Below, one piece after another: positions 11,548 through 25,024 of a DNA stretch of 64,000 nt. The stretch is from the NCBI GenBank assembly GCA_051362555.1, contig CM120641.1:40120401-40184400 (forward strand), given 5' to 3'. This DNA comes from Lingula anatina (lineage: Eukaryota > Animalia > Brachiopoda). The notes beneath the pieces are model-generated. The model was not told the origin of the DNA. It ran no database searches and saw only the letters and a list, made by a program, of their open reading frames with translations. Position 1 is the first letter of the stretch. Every line of letters starts with the position of its first letter. Both the position numbers and the translations under genes were made by a program.

Positions 11548-14500
11548 CGCAGCTGGCTGTTTGTTTAGATACACCCTTATCACAGTTACAACAAAAACAG
11601 GGAACATAAATCACAATCGTAGATGCTAACTGCTGTGAAAAACAACTGCCATCTTAGATCACAAGACAGACAGATAAATCAATACATTGGATAAGAGAAC
11701 AAATTAACTAAAGCTGATATCTAACATGCTACAACCCTCATTGTACGGAGCAAAAGATACCAAGGAGAATGTACTTTAGAGTGTGGATCAAATATGGCAA
11801 CCCACTGAAAAGCTTGCCGCATAATTCCTGATAAGACACTGAATAGATTTTCAGCGGGATTACGCAACAAGCATTTGGGGTGGGTGGGGGGGGGGGGGTG
11901 GGGGGGGGGGGGGGGACATATTTGATCCACGGATTTGTTAGACTGTTGTTCTGAAAGTGCTCTTAGACATCTGCTATGTTCTTATGCTGCTGGTAGTCTG
12001 TGTAAAGGACAAGCCTAGGTACGTATCGGGATTAACTTTTGTGTCAAACAAGATTTCTCCTAAAATTTCCTAAATTGTGTCTTTTATCTAATAGATTGTG
12101 AAAAAAATTGTTTGGAAACTTGTACAGATATCTTCATAATGATTTATTTATTCATGAATGATAACATACAATACTATATTTATCAGTAATTATGATCTTA
12201 TTCACTGAGAAGGATGAACAGATTCTATCCCTTAGGGATGAATGTATTTTCCATTACCTGACAGCTCTTAAAATGGGATCAGCTGAATTCCAGGCTTTAA
12301 ATTAGAAAAGAAACCTTCCTATTTACGGTTGGCATTTAATTTTTATAGCTTTAAGCATTATCTTTCATTTTCTCAAATGCTTCTCAGTTGATGGCATAAA
12401 AAATATATCAAAAGAATTAATTTAGACAGTGAAAATTGCTATGGTCAGCTTTTGTGGCAAAAAATTGACTTGAATGCATATATATATATATATATATGTT
12501 AGTTTTGTAAAGAGACCAAAAAGGAGGGACACTGGACACAACAAAACAATCCATATATCTTAAGAGAATAGGGGTCAACACCCAACAATGACCACCAAAT
12601 ATATATATATATATCTTAAGAGCCCTTTAGCTGTCTATGTCCATTATATGCCAGGATTATACTAGTGGATACCAAATGGTCAGCAAGTACTGTCATATAT
12701 CATCCTGGCCGTTGACAATGTCCTAACACAGAGCCATATTTCAACTGACTAGCAAACATTAACATTTCCATGTACAAGTCACTGACAAGTTCAGATCAGC
12801 AGGTCCACCCAGATGACTAGACAAAGGCCACATCTTAAAAGAAGAGACATTAAGTTTAAGGACATGAAAGGCAGAACACTTGACTGGATGAGGAAACACT
12901 TCATACAATCATTTTAAAAAAGACATATTCCACAGCAGGAGTTGATTATTTTACCATTCCAAGCCATTTATCTTATAAAATAAAAACGTCCATACATGCC
13001 AGTATGAAGAGTGTGTGGGTTCACAGAGAGACAGAGAGACAATATAGATATAAGTTTTAAGTTTTTTTCACTTTGTGTGGCAAATTCTAGTAAATGTTTT
13101 TCAAAAAAAAAAAAAAGTCATATGGATCTGCTCACAATATCATGAATCCCATGATCTAAATTACAATTATTAAGGTCAAAGTGTATACTTCATATATATA
13201 TCTACCTGATGTCATCAAAAAACAAAAAATGGTCAGGTAAAGACCTAGATAGTGGACCACATCAAAATAAACAACATTCATACTTAACAAATGGCAAACC
13301 GTCATCGTTTTCTTCATATAAAAATAAGCTAAAAATGCACTTGACCCATGCTGTGCAAAAAAGGGAATTAGGTATAAAAATTAAGCTGTGGGTATCTGAC
13401 TGTAAAGGATCAAGTGATGAATCACGCCATGTTTACAAGGCTACATCAAACTGAAGTAGACCTAAAATTTTGGTTTAATCAATTTTCAAGCTTAATTTCT
13501 GTCTCCCAATTTTTATTTATGATCGATATAAAAACATGTTTAGCAAACAAAAGCAATTGGGTCTGTAGGCAGGGGGGTCCAAGGAAAATTCTTTTTTTTT
13601 CTTTTTTTTTGGAAAAGGCCCACTCTTGTATCAAAAATCTTATCTAGGTTCTATGCCATCTCATTCTCAAGTTAGGTCAACAAAAGGGATCACAAGGTTT
13701 ACCTCTTCAGAAAAAAAAACACCTTGAAATTTTGACAACAGGCCTGCAGGTGATGCCATACAGCTATTTCTCATCTTAGTTGGTCCTGTTGTATACAACT
13801 ATATATTCTATAAAGATAGCTGCAGGCAAACTGGTGCTCAGATTCTATCATACATTACGAGGTAACAGCATTTTCTGATATAAATACAAAGAAAAAAATT
13901 GATTCTAGCTTTAAAATTCAAATTATGCCTGTATGCCAAGGATGCTCTTTGAGAACAAGATGGAGAACATTTTTAATGTTTATATCAGAGCACTTATCCC
14001 CTTCTGACTCTTGAGTGCAGCCAATGGATACTGTTGGTTCAGGCTGGTTTACATACTTCTGAAGTTGCCAATTCTTAAGCACATGGTCCATTAACTCAAG
14101 ATATCAACATTTTTCTACAACAATTATTCTCCCTGGTCTATGTTATTTCCAACTCTAAAATTTTGTCATCAAAACAGATCAAAATATGATCAAGCATACG
14201 GGCCAAAACCAATAGATTATACAAACCAGCAGTTTTTCCTATAATCTTGCAGACATTTATCATTCTAAGGTTAGGTCTAATGTGTCAATTATACATGCTA
14301 TTCCAATGTCAAATCAACAATGGCTGCCTAGTGTGAGGACCACACTAGGAAATTTATCATCCATTAAAAAACTATTAACTGTTATAGAAGGCAGTTTTAC
14401 ACAATAACGAAAACAGAATTCTAAAAAAAAAAAGCAAATCGAAAGCGAGATAATATCAATAAGCAGAATAAATTGTTTTGCCAAGTTAGTGATGAGTATA

Positions 14501-16919
14501 CCATAAAAGGTGCCCTATGGATTGCAGCAGACCATCAGCTTCAGACTTGTAGTACACCTGAGCAGTTATCATATACATCTTGCAAGCAAAGAAATTTCAA
14601 TCTTGTCAAGATGAGATTGTGATTTCCATCTCACCTAGGCAGATTTATAATCTGCCTAGATTTCAAACTTGTCTGCTACATATATATTACAGTGCTTATC
14701 AGATTTGCATCTTTGTAGATCCATACAAAAGATCGTTGTTACATCATTTTGATATTCTATGAATATTTTACCCATGACATAAAACTTCATACATTATAAA
14801 CAGTGCTGACTCAGGTTTGTTGTTTTGTTTTCATTCATGGACAAGCAGCATATTGTCTGGTTTCTTTCTAAATCATCAATTCCAAAGGATGTACATAAAG
14901 ATGTAAGTTTACAAACTGACTGTCCTATCCTTTTAACTTCTTCCTATGCTGTAGACAGTTTCATACAAGTTCATAATACAGCACAAATAATATGGTACTT
15001 TTAATACCAGTACAAAGAAAATTATTAACCCACAGTCTTTAGAAACATTACTTATCCACATCTCAACATAAATGTGTATCTACCAACTCACTTGCCAATA
15101 TTGGCTGTTAATGCAACTAATTGTTAGTATCAAAATCATTAGATTCTGAAAGCAGAGTTCCCATTAACAGCCCCTCGAACACGCATCTTTTGTTTTCAGG
15201 GCGGCTTAAAGATCTGTGCAAACAGCGCGTTTACCTGAGACAATGCGTGTCACATAGAACAAGGAGGAAAATTGCAACCTTAATATCGCACGCAGTGATC
15301 AATATTTCTGAGGACAAAAATCAATAGTGAGAATATTATCACCTTTACATAAGATTTCTCATTCCATATTGCAGGTCTGGAAATTAACTTTTACTCTGTA
15401 AGACTGTTTGACATCAAAAGAAAATTTTAAATTTTTTTATGACTCCACCCCAGTAGCTACACAAAATGGCTGATTTCATGAAATATGAAAATTGTTTGCA
15501 TTCACTACATGTCTGGAAGATTTTTGAAGTTTAACATCTAAATAAAACAAGAACATCACAGTAGCTAATAAATATTATTTATATATATTTCCCTAAGGAC
15601 TTAAATAAAATTTAAAAAGACAACAGCCTGTTAATTTTTTGCTTTATATTTTCATAAAGACATAATTTTTCATATTCTCTATTCTCCAGCCTCCATGTGC
15701 CCCATCATTTTGTAATTTCTAGATAATGGTGATGTTCTCAGCATAAACCAGCAGAACAGTATATGCTATGAATGCACAATGTGAATATAGAGGCCTGACA
15801 AGACAGAGAATATGATGATACCAATTCTTGATTTCCATGAAGATGTGCCAAGTGAGACAGCATTATTTTATTATAAATTTCATTCCGCATCATTTGTTTT
15901 TGTACACATCTAACAAAGCAACAGGGGAGGGGGTTCTTACACTTGGGCAAAGAGCCAGACGGGCAGAGTTACGATGCTCTTGCTTCTGGTTTCAAGCCCT
16001 TCCATGACTGAGGAAAAAAACTTATTTTTTATAACAATCCATGCAATAGCAGACTTTACCTGTTTAGAAAGCATGTTCACTTACTGCTGCCATGCTGACT
16101 CAAAGATTGGCTTCACTTTTAGCAGGCTTCATTGTGAAAAGAGCTTCTGCCCCCCCCCCTCCTCTTTCAATCACCCCCCCCCCCCCCCCATTCATATAGC
16201 ATCAACATGGAAGACCTTAGTGCAATTCAAACTCTGCTTATCACTATGTATATTTGCCAAATGCTTTAAAAACCACAATTATTTCACAAAACTAAAGCAC
16301 GAAGCCAATGAAGACAAAATAACAAACACTGTAATTATTTACTAACATCTCTGATTTTAAACAGTTGTTGGCTGTTACACCTTCATAAAGTTAAAAGGCA
16401 GATATTGAGCCTGCCAGCAAAACCAGTTGAAGATAATAAAGTGAGGTTATGCTCAGCTGCACCTAGACAATATAATACTCTCATAAGAGACTTGATGGAC
16501 CAGTCTTTACAAATATCTTATGTAATGTTTCTACACAGGTGTGTCTGGGGGTTAGACAGGCTAACCTGAATTTCTGGACAAATATTTAATTATGCTTTTC
16601 CGTCAATTAGTCAAATTTAATTATAGTGCCATTGGTAAAATGTCCGAAACACAACCCTGACATCTGATACTGAAGAGGTTCACCCTGTTGACCAGGAGCA
16701 GCATGTAATGTGGTTATTTTCATTGAATTAACACTCTCTATGTCATCAATCAGTGGTACTCAAACACTGGAAAACAAAATTAACCTTATATGACTTACCA
16801 TAATTAAAGACTGGGTCTGTAAACAATATAATATCTACATGTTCAATATCATCATTCATATATAACAGACATTAGCAATTGACTAAATAAAAATGATAAA
16901 TGAACTGAGAAAAGGATAT

Positions 16920-17209
16920 CTCCATGTCAGAAGCTTCAGACACCAAGTCCTAGGCCACGTTGTCTGTTTTAAACAGTATAGAGTTGTTGGTATAAATCCA
17001 GGATACGGCAACTCTTCTTCTTCTTCTTCCTCCGATGAATCCTCGGCATCTTCAATCACGCATTTGACAATGTTTTTTTCCTTCTCAGAACTCTGCTCGT
17101 CCAAGTTGTTCTGAGAGGAGGTCGACCAAGAACCGGGCTCTTCCTTCGTCGGCGCCACGGTATATTTTGTGTCTCCATTAGAAGTTGATGGTGTATTCGT
17201 TGTAGACAT
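16920..17209 (-). CDS. CACNA1G: Cav3 T-type calcium channel, coding exon 1 (N-terminus)
   Basis: MSTTNT...EEEEEEELPYPGFIPTTLYCLKQTTWPRTWCLKLLTW matches the Cav3 pre-S1 motif LPYP..PV.F.CL.QTT.PR.WCL. It ends at the U12 donor. Confidence 0.93.
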
Positions 17210-17449
17210 TGTGGATCTCTTTCTTTTTGTTGAAAAATGATAACTCAGATTAAAAACACACCGCCACCTTTATCAATAAACCAACTGCACAGCCACCACT
17301 CAGTTTGCCTGCTATTAAGCCCAATAGTTGGTTTTGCCATTATTACATACCGAACAAAATTGAGTGCACGATGCTGCTTCTTGCGAGGAAATCACCATCT
17401 TCCAGACACCGCCGTCCTTGTTTTGACTTTTCGCATCAATCATACTTTA

Positions 17450-17960
17450 TCTCAGTAATTAAGAAAATGTATGTGTGGTTTTGATACGCACTCCTCCGTT
17501 CTGCATGACTTCCTGGACGAGATGAGTAAACTGATATTCCAGTCAATGGTGTGAATTTACAACGAAACTCGAGAAGCCTCTTTGATATTCGCAATATTCA
17601 ACTTTTTTCACCGTCGTTTACATTTTTCAGCTCATTACAATCGAATTATCAAAAACAATCCTATCGGATAATGACTTGTGCCATTTTCACTTATGAAATT
17701 TATCTATTCGCACAGAGCGCAGCGTTTTTGCTTATTTGTCTTGCCTTATTCAGAACTGCGTACGTCGTACCTCTTCCACTCCGGCTTACCGACTGGCCAG
17801 CAAAGTGCCGGTCACATGACTTGTACATTTCCATCCAGATGGCGCTACCAGACGAGGGTTCGTGATGCGGGCAATTATGAATGTGGTAATATTAGTGAAC
17901 ATAATACCTGGATACGACGCAGGTGATTATCGCCATTGTGACAGACACGCTCTTATGCAA
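17450..17960 (-). promoter_or_regulatory. Probable Cav3 promoter / 5' UTR region (CpG-rich)
   Basis: Local CpG excess relative to the flanks, just upstream of the Cav3 ATG. E-box GTCACATGAC at 17811-17820 and CTCF/YY1-like CCAGATGGCGCTA at 17835-17847. TSS not determined. Confidence 0.55.
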
Positions 17961-19726
17961 CAGACTGCTAACAAAGGACTTTACCTTGTCGCTTTGAATA
18001 GACTTTCAGAAATTCATATTTCTGTGCCAAACAAATATGTTGAGGAAGAGAGGGGGAGGCTTGGTCTGGCGTAAATGCTTACATGAAGGCTCAGTTGGAA
18101 TAATCATTTATTTTATTTCAGTAATTATCTAAATACATTAAACCTTGGACATAATAACGTTATTATGTCCAAGATTAAACTGAGTATGGCAATTAAACCT
18201 GTGGAACCTAAGGTGAGCAGCAGAAAGGGACTCTAGTCTGTTTTGCAAACTCAACATTTTTTAAAACTATTGGCAAGACTATTCCCGCTCTCTCTCCATA
18301 CACATACACCCACACAACTGTGTTATATACAATGCAACCAAGAGAATTAGTAACAGACTAGCTTACTTGTTCCTTAATCCCATCATTATAACTCAATAGC
18401 CTACTTTTACAGGTGTTTGGGAATGTATTATAGAGGTGTGGCGATAATCCATATAATTATCTGTGCACAAATTTTACAGACTTAACTGAATGTTTATTTT
18501 CTCTCTGAAATAACTGGGGTTTAGTTTTACTTTTCACTTACAGAATGCCCAGAATAAAAAATCCCAAAGTGAAGTAATTTGGCAAATACTACTTGTGCTG
18601 ACGCAAAAAAGTATGAAAAGAACAGCTGGGGAAACCTGAACACCATCAACAGAAATATCTTGGATGTCAAATCTCAACTTGTTTTATTTCAAGCTGTACA
18701 TTTTTTGTTGACTGAAATAATAAATAACATGATTTTATTCTTTTATTTAAACTTTTTTCAAAGGCACACTACAAAATAAGGAAAATAGATATCCCCACAC
18801 CATGCATTTTTTTAAGGTTTGCTCGTCTCATATGACACAACAGAGTACCAGTACCTCATTTTTGGCTTATTTTAAATGTTTTCCTTTTTGAAAGGAAATG
18901 AAAGTTATAATTTCATAACAATCAAGAATGTATTTTTATGTTATAATAATATTTATTATTTTATAAAATTTTTTGTATTTACAATAATTTTTGTTAAAAC
19001 AATTGCAATTCAAAATATTCGTGATTAAATATCCTAAAAAGTGTGAATTACTCTTAATTCTTAAATAATACATAACTTTACAGTCTGCACTATTATAAAC
19101 AAGGAAAAAATTAAAAGGAATAAAAATTATCAGCAGCAACATCCTTACATTTGTTTACATATATTTTGCATTGAAGCTTAACATGTGACAAATATTATTT
19201 CAAATCATCTGGAAGCCCAAAATCTTAGTAATAAAAAATCGATATAGCTGCTAGCTTTAACAAACGTGCAGCTGTAAATCCAATAGCAAGTTTTGAACTT
19301 TTTTGGGAATGACCTGTTACCAAACAGACGTTTCGGAAATGGTGCAAGGCTGTGGAAAAAGTTTAAAAAAACATTGCAAAACCAGAGCTATGGTTCTGTG
19401 TCCAATATTCGGTCCCCACCACATGTAAGACTTTGTTCCTCCATCTCCCACTAATCTCACTTTTTTTTTTTTTTTAGGATTCGATAATGAACTTGGTGAT
19501 GTAACCTTGTTTATTAATACTTGATAAGCTGTCTTAAATTACAGAAACAAGAATGCATATATTAAAATCAGCTCTGAATTCATTAAAATATCTATTAACA
19601 GTTTTGTTGCACAGCAACTGCATATAAATATATATTGATGTATGTTTTTCATACACATTTCACAAACTTTCTGTACACATCTGCAGGTTAGAGTATATGC
19701 CTGTAAATCAAGAAGGTTCAACTCTC

Positions 19727-19984
19727 CTAAAGAGGCTCCAAGAGCAGTTTTTCCAACTCTGACACAGTATTCACAGGAAGCTTGCAACTGTAGTCTCTAC
19801 AGACATAAGCTGTGGCTTTCCCATCCTTCTTCTCATAGGACTTCAGCATTCCATGTCTATGAGCCAAAAGGCTGTCTTGATCTCCATCCCATAATATCAG
19901 TATCTTATTGGGGATAAACTGGCTGTGAACACAACGGAGGAGTTGTTGGGAATCTTCTGCTCCTTTCTCACCAACGATGATAAT
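19727..19984 (-). CDS. SPATA20: SPATA20 exon 15 (last coding exon)
   Basis: [31 protein letters not shown]...[17 protein letters not shown]...stop; tttcAG acceptor. Confidence 0.93.
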   Translation of the reverse strand: MIIVGEKGAEDSQQLLRCVHSQFIPNKILILWDGDQDSLLAHRHGMLKSYEKKDGKATAYVCRDYSCKLPVNTVSELEKLLLEPL

Positions 19985-22333
19985 CTGAAATGACATATTA
20001 CTTGCATTATTCACATGTTATGATTCAGGAAAAAGAACGACTAAAAGGAATCATTCTAACAGTTTTCACTAGTCCAATCAAATTTATTATCAAGAAATGC
20101 CAGTATCTATTTCATGCATTTACCACCCTTATTAAAAAAAAACTGTCTATGACAAGATCAAGTTTAAAAAGTTTATTGAAATCTGTTGTATAACAAGTTT
20201 CATTGTCACTGTTGGCACTGGAGTCACCATTGTCATTGTATTAACGACCTGTAAACCTAACATGACCCCAGTAAAACATGCAGAACAACACTTTTTTTTT
20301 TTTCTTTTTGCATTGCACCAAGGTGCTCAAATAACTCTGCCTCTTTAATAGAAAGAAAACATTTTGTGTGTTTCCATTTTAAGGCAAATTCGATCAGTAA
20401 TCTCTTTACTATTAGTTTTTTTTAAATAATTTATGTTTTAGGGTAATGCCACTTAAAAGAAATGCAAGAATCCAACAGATGCTTTATTTTCCATGCTAAA
20501 ATCTCAGCACTTCAGTTTGCAGAGGCCAAGTAATTCATGCATCTTATCTCCATATCTGATGTTTACTACACAGCTCAAGGAGATCATCCTGAAGATTCAA
20601 CATATAACCACCAGTGAGAACCTGGCTTCTCTGAATATTGAATGTCAGCACAGATAATCCTTCACCAATCTTCTTTAAGATTCAAGCCTATAAAGCTGAT
20701 CACTGGGAATTAGGAGGCAAAAAGCTGTCTAAGACAATAGATAAGGAAGTCTTCTAGTACTTCTTTGCAATTTTTGCATTTAACTCTTTGCAATGTATTT
20801 GCTTTTAAGCTACTTATAAATTATCACACATTCTTTATCATATTGACTTTACAGGTAGTTAAACTTCTCAAAATAAGTGATATATCATGATATATGGATA
20901 TCTGGTGAATACATTGCATGTTTGAGCTATTCTATTGAAAATGGAGTGGTGCAGCATCAATGGTTCTGTTATTAACCAAAACTACTTGATTTAATGCAAT
21001 GTTAACACATGGCGGAATAAGAAAGCACAGATAAAACTAATCAATGCAGGCTGATGTTTTGATAAAATTGACTCGATGTGGATGCCAGAAAGCCAGGTAT
21101 TTGTATTTTCTCAGACTCTGAGGGTATTCTGAACAGATTGCACACCAATAACAAAAAAATCTGGTACAGCACACTTTCAAATCTTTGCATCTTCTGCCCA
21201 AACAAAATTGAATAACAAAAAACATTTTTTTAGTGAAACTGTTGACAAAATTTAAATTCTTCATCATTTTAAGCCTAAGCATGTTTCAAGGCATGTACAT
21301 AACAGGTATTGATTTCTTGCTTTTTGACTAGAAGCACCATCATGGTAATAACAATGTCTAGGCCAAGACCTGTCCTAGGGAGAATGGTACTCACAAAGAT
21401 GTCCACTTGACCATTTCCCAGAAAATCCCACACATTAGCTTCCGCAGAGACATCTTGAATAGTCCAGAAATCAATGGAATAACAAGAGTGCCTAATCATT
21501 GCAGATACAGTTTATACAGGTCACCTCTCAACAGATAGATGACACCTAAAATATCCCTGCCAACAATGGTCAAAACAACAACAACAAAAAAAAAAAAAAA
21601 CAGTAACTAGCATGATTTGTCCTGCCATACACCAGGAAATCGATGTATAATAAGAATTCCTGGATTCATTACCAGAATGTTGACAGGCTTATTTTCTGTT
21701 ACAAAGCTGACCTCTGTAATCAACTCGATACTTTCAAATTTTCAGTTTATAACAGACTTATATAAAAACATTTTTTGATGATAACAACCAAAAAAAAAAA
21801 AAAAAAAAAAAAAACAATTACTAACATAACTTGGCTCATGAAACACCACAGAAACAATGTATACTAAGAATTCCTGGATTCACAATCAGAATGTCTGGGG
21901 TTCTTCTCTGCTATATAACTGACCTAGATGTACTTCATCAGTCAAGGCCAATATATTTCATTCAACAAACTGACAAATATGTGATAGATACAATACGAGT
22001 CGCCGAGCTGTACGTGAAATATTACAAGTGTATTGGTGAGCCGCAGGCGAGACAATACACGAGTATTTTTTATGTACAACTCGGCAACGAGTTGTATCTG
22101 GCTTAAACCACGGCCTCTGACTGGCTACTACACTGCCCTTGCGATATTTTACTCATATATGTTAGGGGCCCTTGTGGTCACTTAGTCATGTGTTAGATGA
22201 TGGAGGACAAGGTTGAACACGCCTTTACAGCCCCCTCAACCTAAGTCGTGCAGCCACTTCGTGCAGCAGCAGCAGCACCAAAGCCACTCCCACCACCAAC
22301 AGCAGTTTAGATACTGAGAAGTTCCCCCCCCCC

Positions 22334-22364
<31 letters not shown>

Positions 22365-24989
22365 ACTTCTTCTCCCCCATCAGTGGTGGATTTAGAGTGG
22401 GGGGGCTGACCCCCCCCCCCCCTTTGGTTTCTGAAAAAATATATCATGCCAATATTCCCCTCTTGAAATTAGAATTTTGACTAGCTAAATAAATCATAGT
22501 TCTAAACCGTACCAAAGGCACTGTTTGCTCTCCAAAACACCCAAAATTTTCGGGGCCCTTGAGCAGGCCCCAAACTCCACACCATGGGGCAACGATCGGC
22601 TTCACATATGAGGCCAGTCATCCCGGAACCCCCCCCCCCCCCCCAATTCAAATAATCCTGGATCCGTAATGATGACGATGATGATGATACCTTGATACTT
22701 CATGTGCCTTCACAGATTAAGAAAATTGTCATTGTCAAAGAAGGCAGGAAATTTACTTTGGAAGTGTAGATGTTTAAACTTTCATTTTCACATTCTGTAT
22801 TTTGAGCAACTTGTCGTTCAAATAGGAGAACGCAAATTTTCAGTCTTTGGATAAATGCTGTTTCATGATGTTAATAGTTTGAGAAACGACTTGTTTTCAT
22901 TGTTGTTTTCTACGTGCTAGCTGTGGTTTAAATTTCTTAAATTATTTCTGATTCAAGAAAACAGGTACCAGGCCAGTGAAGCAAACAATCATAACCTTAT
23001 GATCTAAACTGCATAAAACTGAAAAATATATATTATCAGTATAAATACCAATTCTGTAAAACAGAAAAAATTCAAACATATAAATTTCAAATAGGTAAAA
23101 ACTTAATGCCATCCCCATTCCACCTCAGTCCCACAAGCTTGGGTAATTAATATGTAGTTACAACATAGTCTAATGTTCAACAAATAATTTCAGAAACCTG
23201 GTAAAAAAAAATGGTTATAAAATGTGCTTCTGTTGTAAAATGCAGCCCTAAAACTGCTAAGAACATAATCTTTTAAACAAAAATATGATCAGGCCCATTT
23301 TTAATCCTGAGTACTTGATCACTACATGATGGAAAACAAAAAAATGTTTTTTTCATGTCCCAACAGCAGTGTATCAATAAAGGCACATGCATACTAACAT
23401 TACAAAAAAAAAACAAGAATATTTTTGAAAAAAATAAGCTTTTCAAGCTCATTTTCAGTACTGTGTTACATTTGAATTTAAGGAGTGACTCCAAATGAAA
23501 CAGGATATCTGTTTTCTAGATATTGCAGAAACATTGTTCAAAACATACCTAATAATAACAGAAAAGGAATGCTCTAAACTAGATACTGCAGGAACAAACT
23601 TCAAAGCATGCTTAAACATACAAAAAAAAAAAAACTTTAACAACTCCAACCAGGCCCCTTTTCAAACTTGTATTTTGGACTTGTATTTTTGACTATCTCA
23701 AAGACAAGAACTTAATACAAAAACTGTTTTCATTATCTCAGTAATAAGAAAAGTTTACAGCATCAACGATGCTGTGTACAGACTACAGTGTACAGTGTTG
23801 GTTAACGGAGAAAGTGCATGGCAATGGCGTTGTGTACAGCCACACTAACGCTAGCAAGTGATGGCTATATGTCTAGACACATAGTGTCTGATCATTAAAA
23901 CATAAAAATACCAAGCAATCTACATATGGCTCCCCCTGGATTGGACCAACAGTATAACTAGAAAAGCACTCAGAGATCACAAACCTCCGCCAAGGCAACT
24001 CAATTCTCATTCTCATCAATCATTTATCAAATAGTTAATCAATCAATTAATCAATTCTCATTATTACTAATGAATTATTTATTAACTAATTAACTAGCTA
24101 AATCCTCCTCATCTTCATTAGTTAATTAATTAAACTTATAAATTGGTCAATTGCTTAATTAACTAATTAACTGACTACTTAATTACTACCCAAATATAGC
24201 CCATTTCCAACCTATCCTGAACATTTTTACAAATTGTTTTAAGTTATTTTATAATGTTGCTAACCGACATACATACAAATAATGAACTAATTATTAAACT
24301 TATAATTAATCATCACTAACATCTATATACTTTAAAGTTAGTCCAGTCCTGAAAATTGAACAAACAAATTAAACAGAACAGACAAACAAACAGAAAAACA
24401 GAGGTGAAAACATAACCTCCATAGCAGAGGTTATAAGAAGAAAGGGACACTTTCACAGGCAGATATTGGTTTTATCAACAGTAAGATCCTTTCACATTAT
24501 GCACCTTAAAGGTCAACCAAGTGCAAAGCTTTGCATTTGTCTTTTTAGGTGAAATGTTGCCAAAACAGATGAATTGTAACACACCAATTCCAATCTTAGT
24601 GTATCATGTATCCAATGTGACAAAGATATGCATGTCAATATATGGATTACTACAATATTCATATTGACAGCTGTATTTGGTTTGACAGTATTAGGTCTTT
24701 TTAGCAAGCAAAGTCAGCTTGCAAATCTAGCAGTGAAAATCATTAGCCAGAACTTCAGCTATTGACTGACTTACTGCTAAATCATCATACAGACAGTAAC
24801 CAATGACATCATTATTTTTCATGAAAAAAATTGTTTCAAAGTAACCAGCACACATGCAAGGTAAACATGGACTGGCATTTCGTTATATAATACATGATTT
24901 ATTTTAAAGGATGCATTGCCAAGAATATTCCATGGAAAGAGAAGAGAGAATATCAGCATGAAAACAATCCTTACACCCAAGACTTCTCT

Positions 24990-25024
<35 letters not shown>

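Larger units (their letters stand above)
3039..16919 (-). other. U12-type (minor spliceosome) AT-AC intron 1 of Cav3, 13,881 bp
   Basis: 5' site ATATCCTTTT begins at 16919; branch point TTCCTTAAC at 3057-3049; terminal AC at 3040-3039. Joining gives TGG AG|T TGG TTC GAG (W-S-W-F-E), in frame. Confidence 0.95.

Noticed and set aside
21275-21499. 74-aa minus-strand ORF in SPATA20 intron 14 as an extra exon or nested gene
   Set aside because: SPATA20 exons 14 and 15 join without a gap, and the peptide has no recognisable motif.
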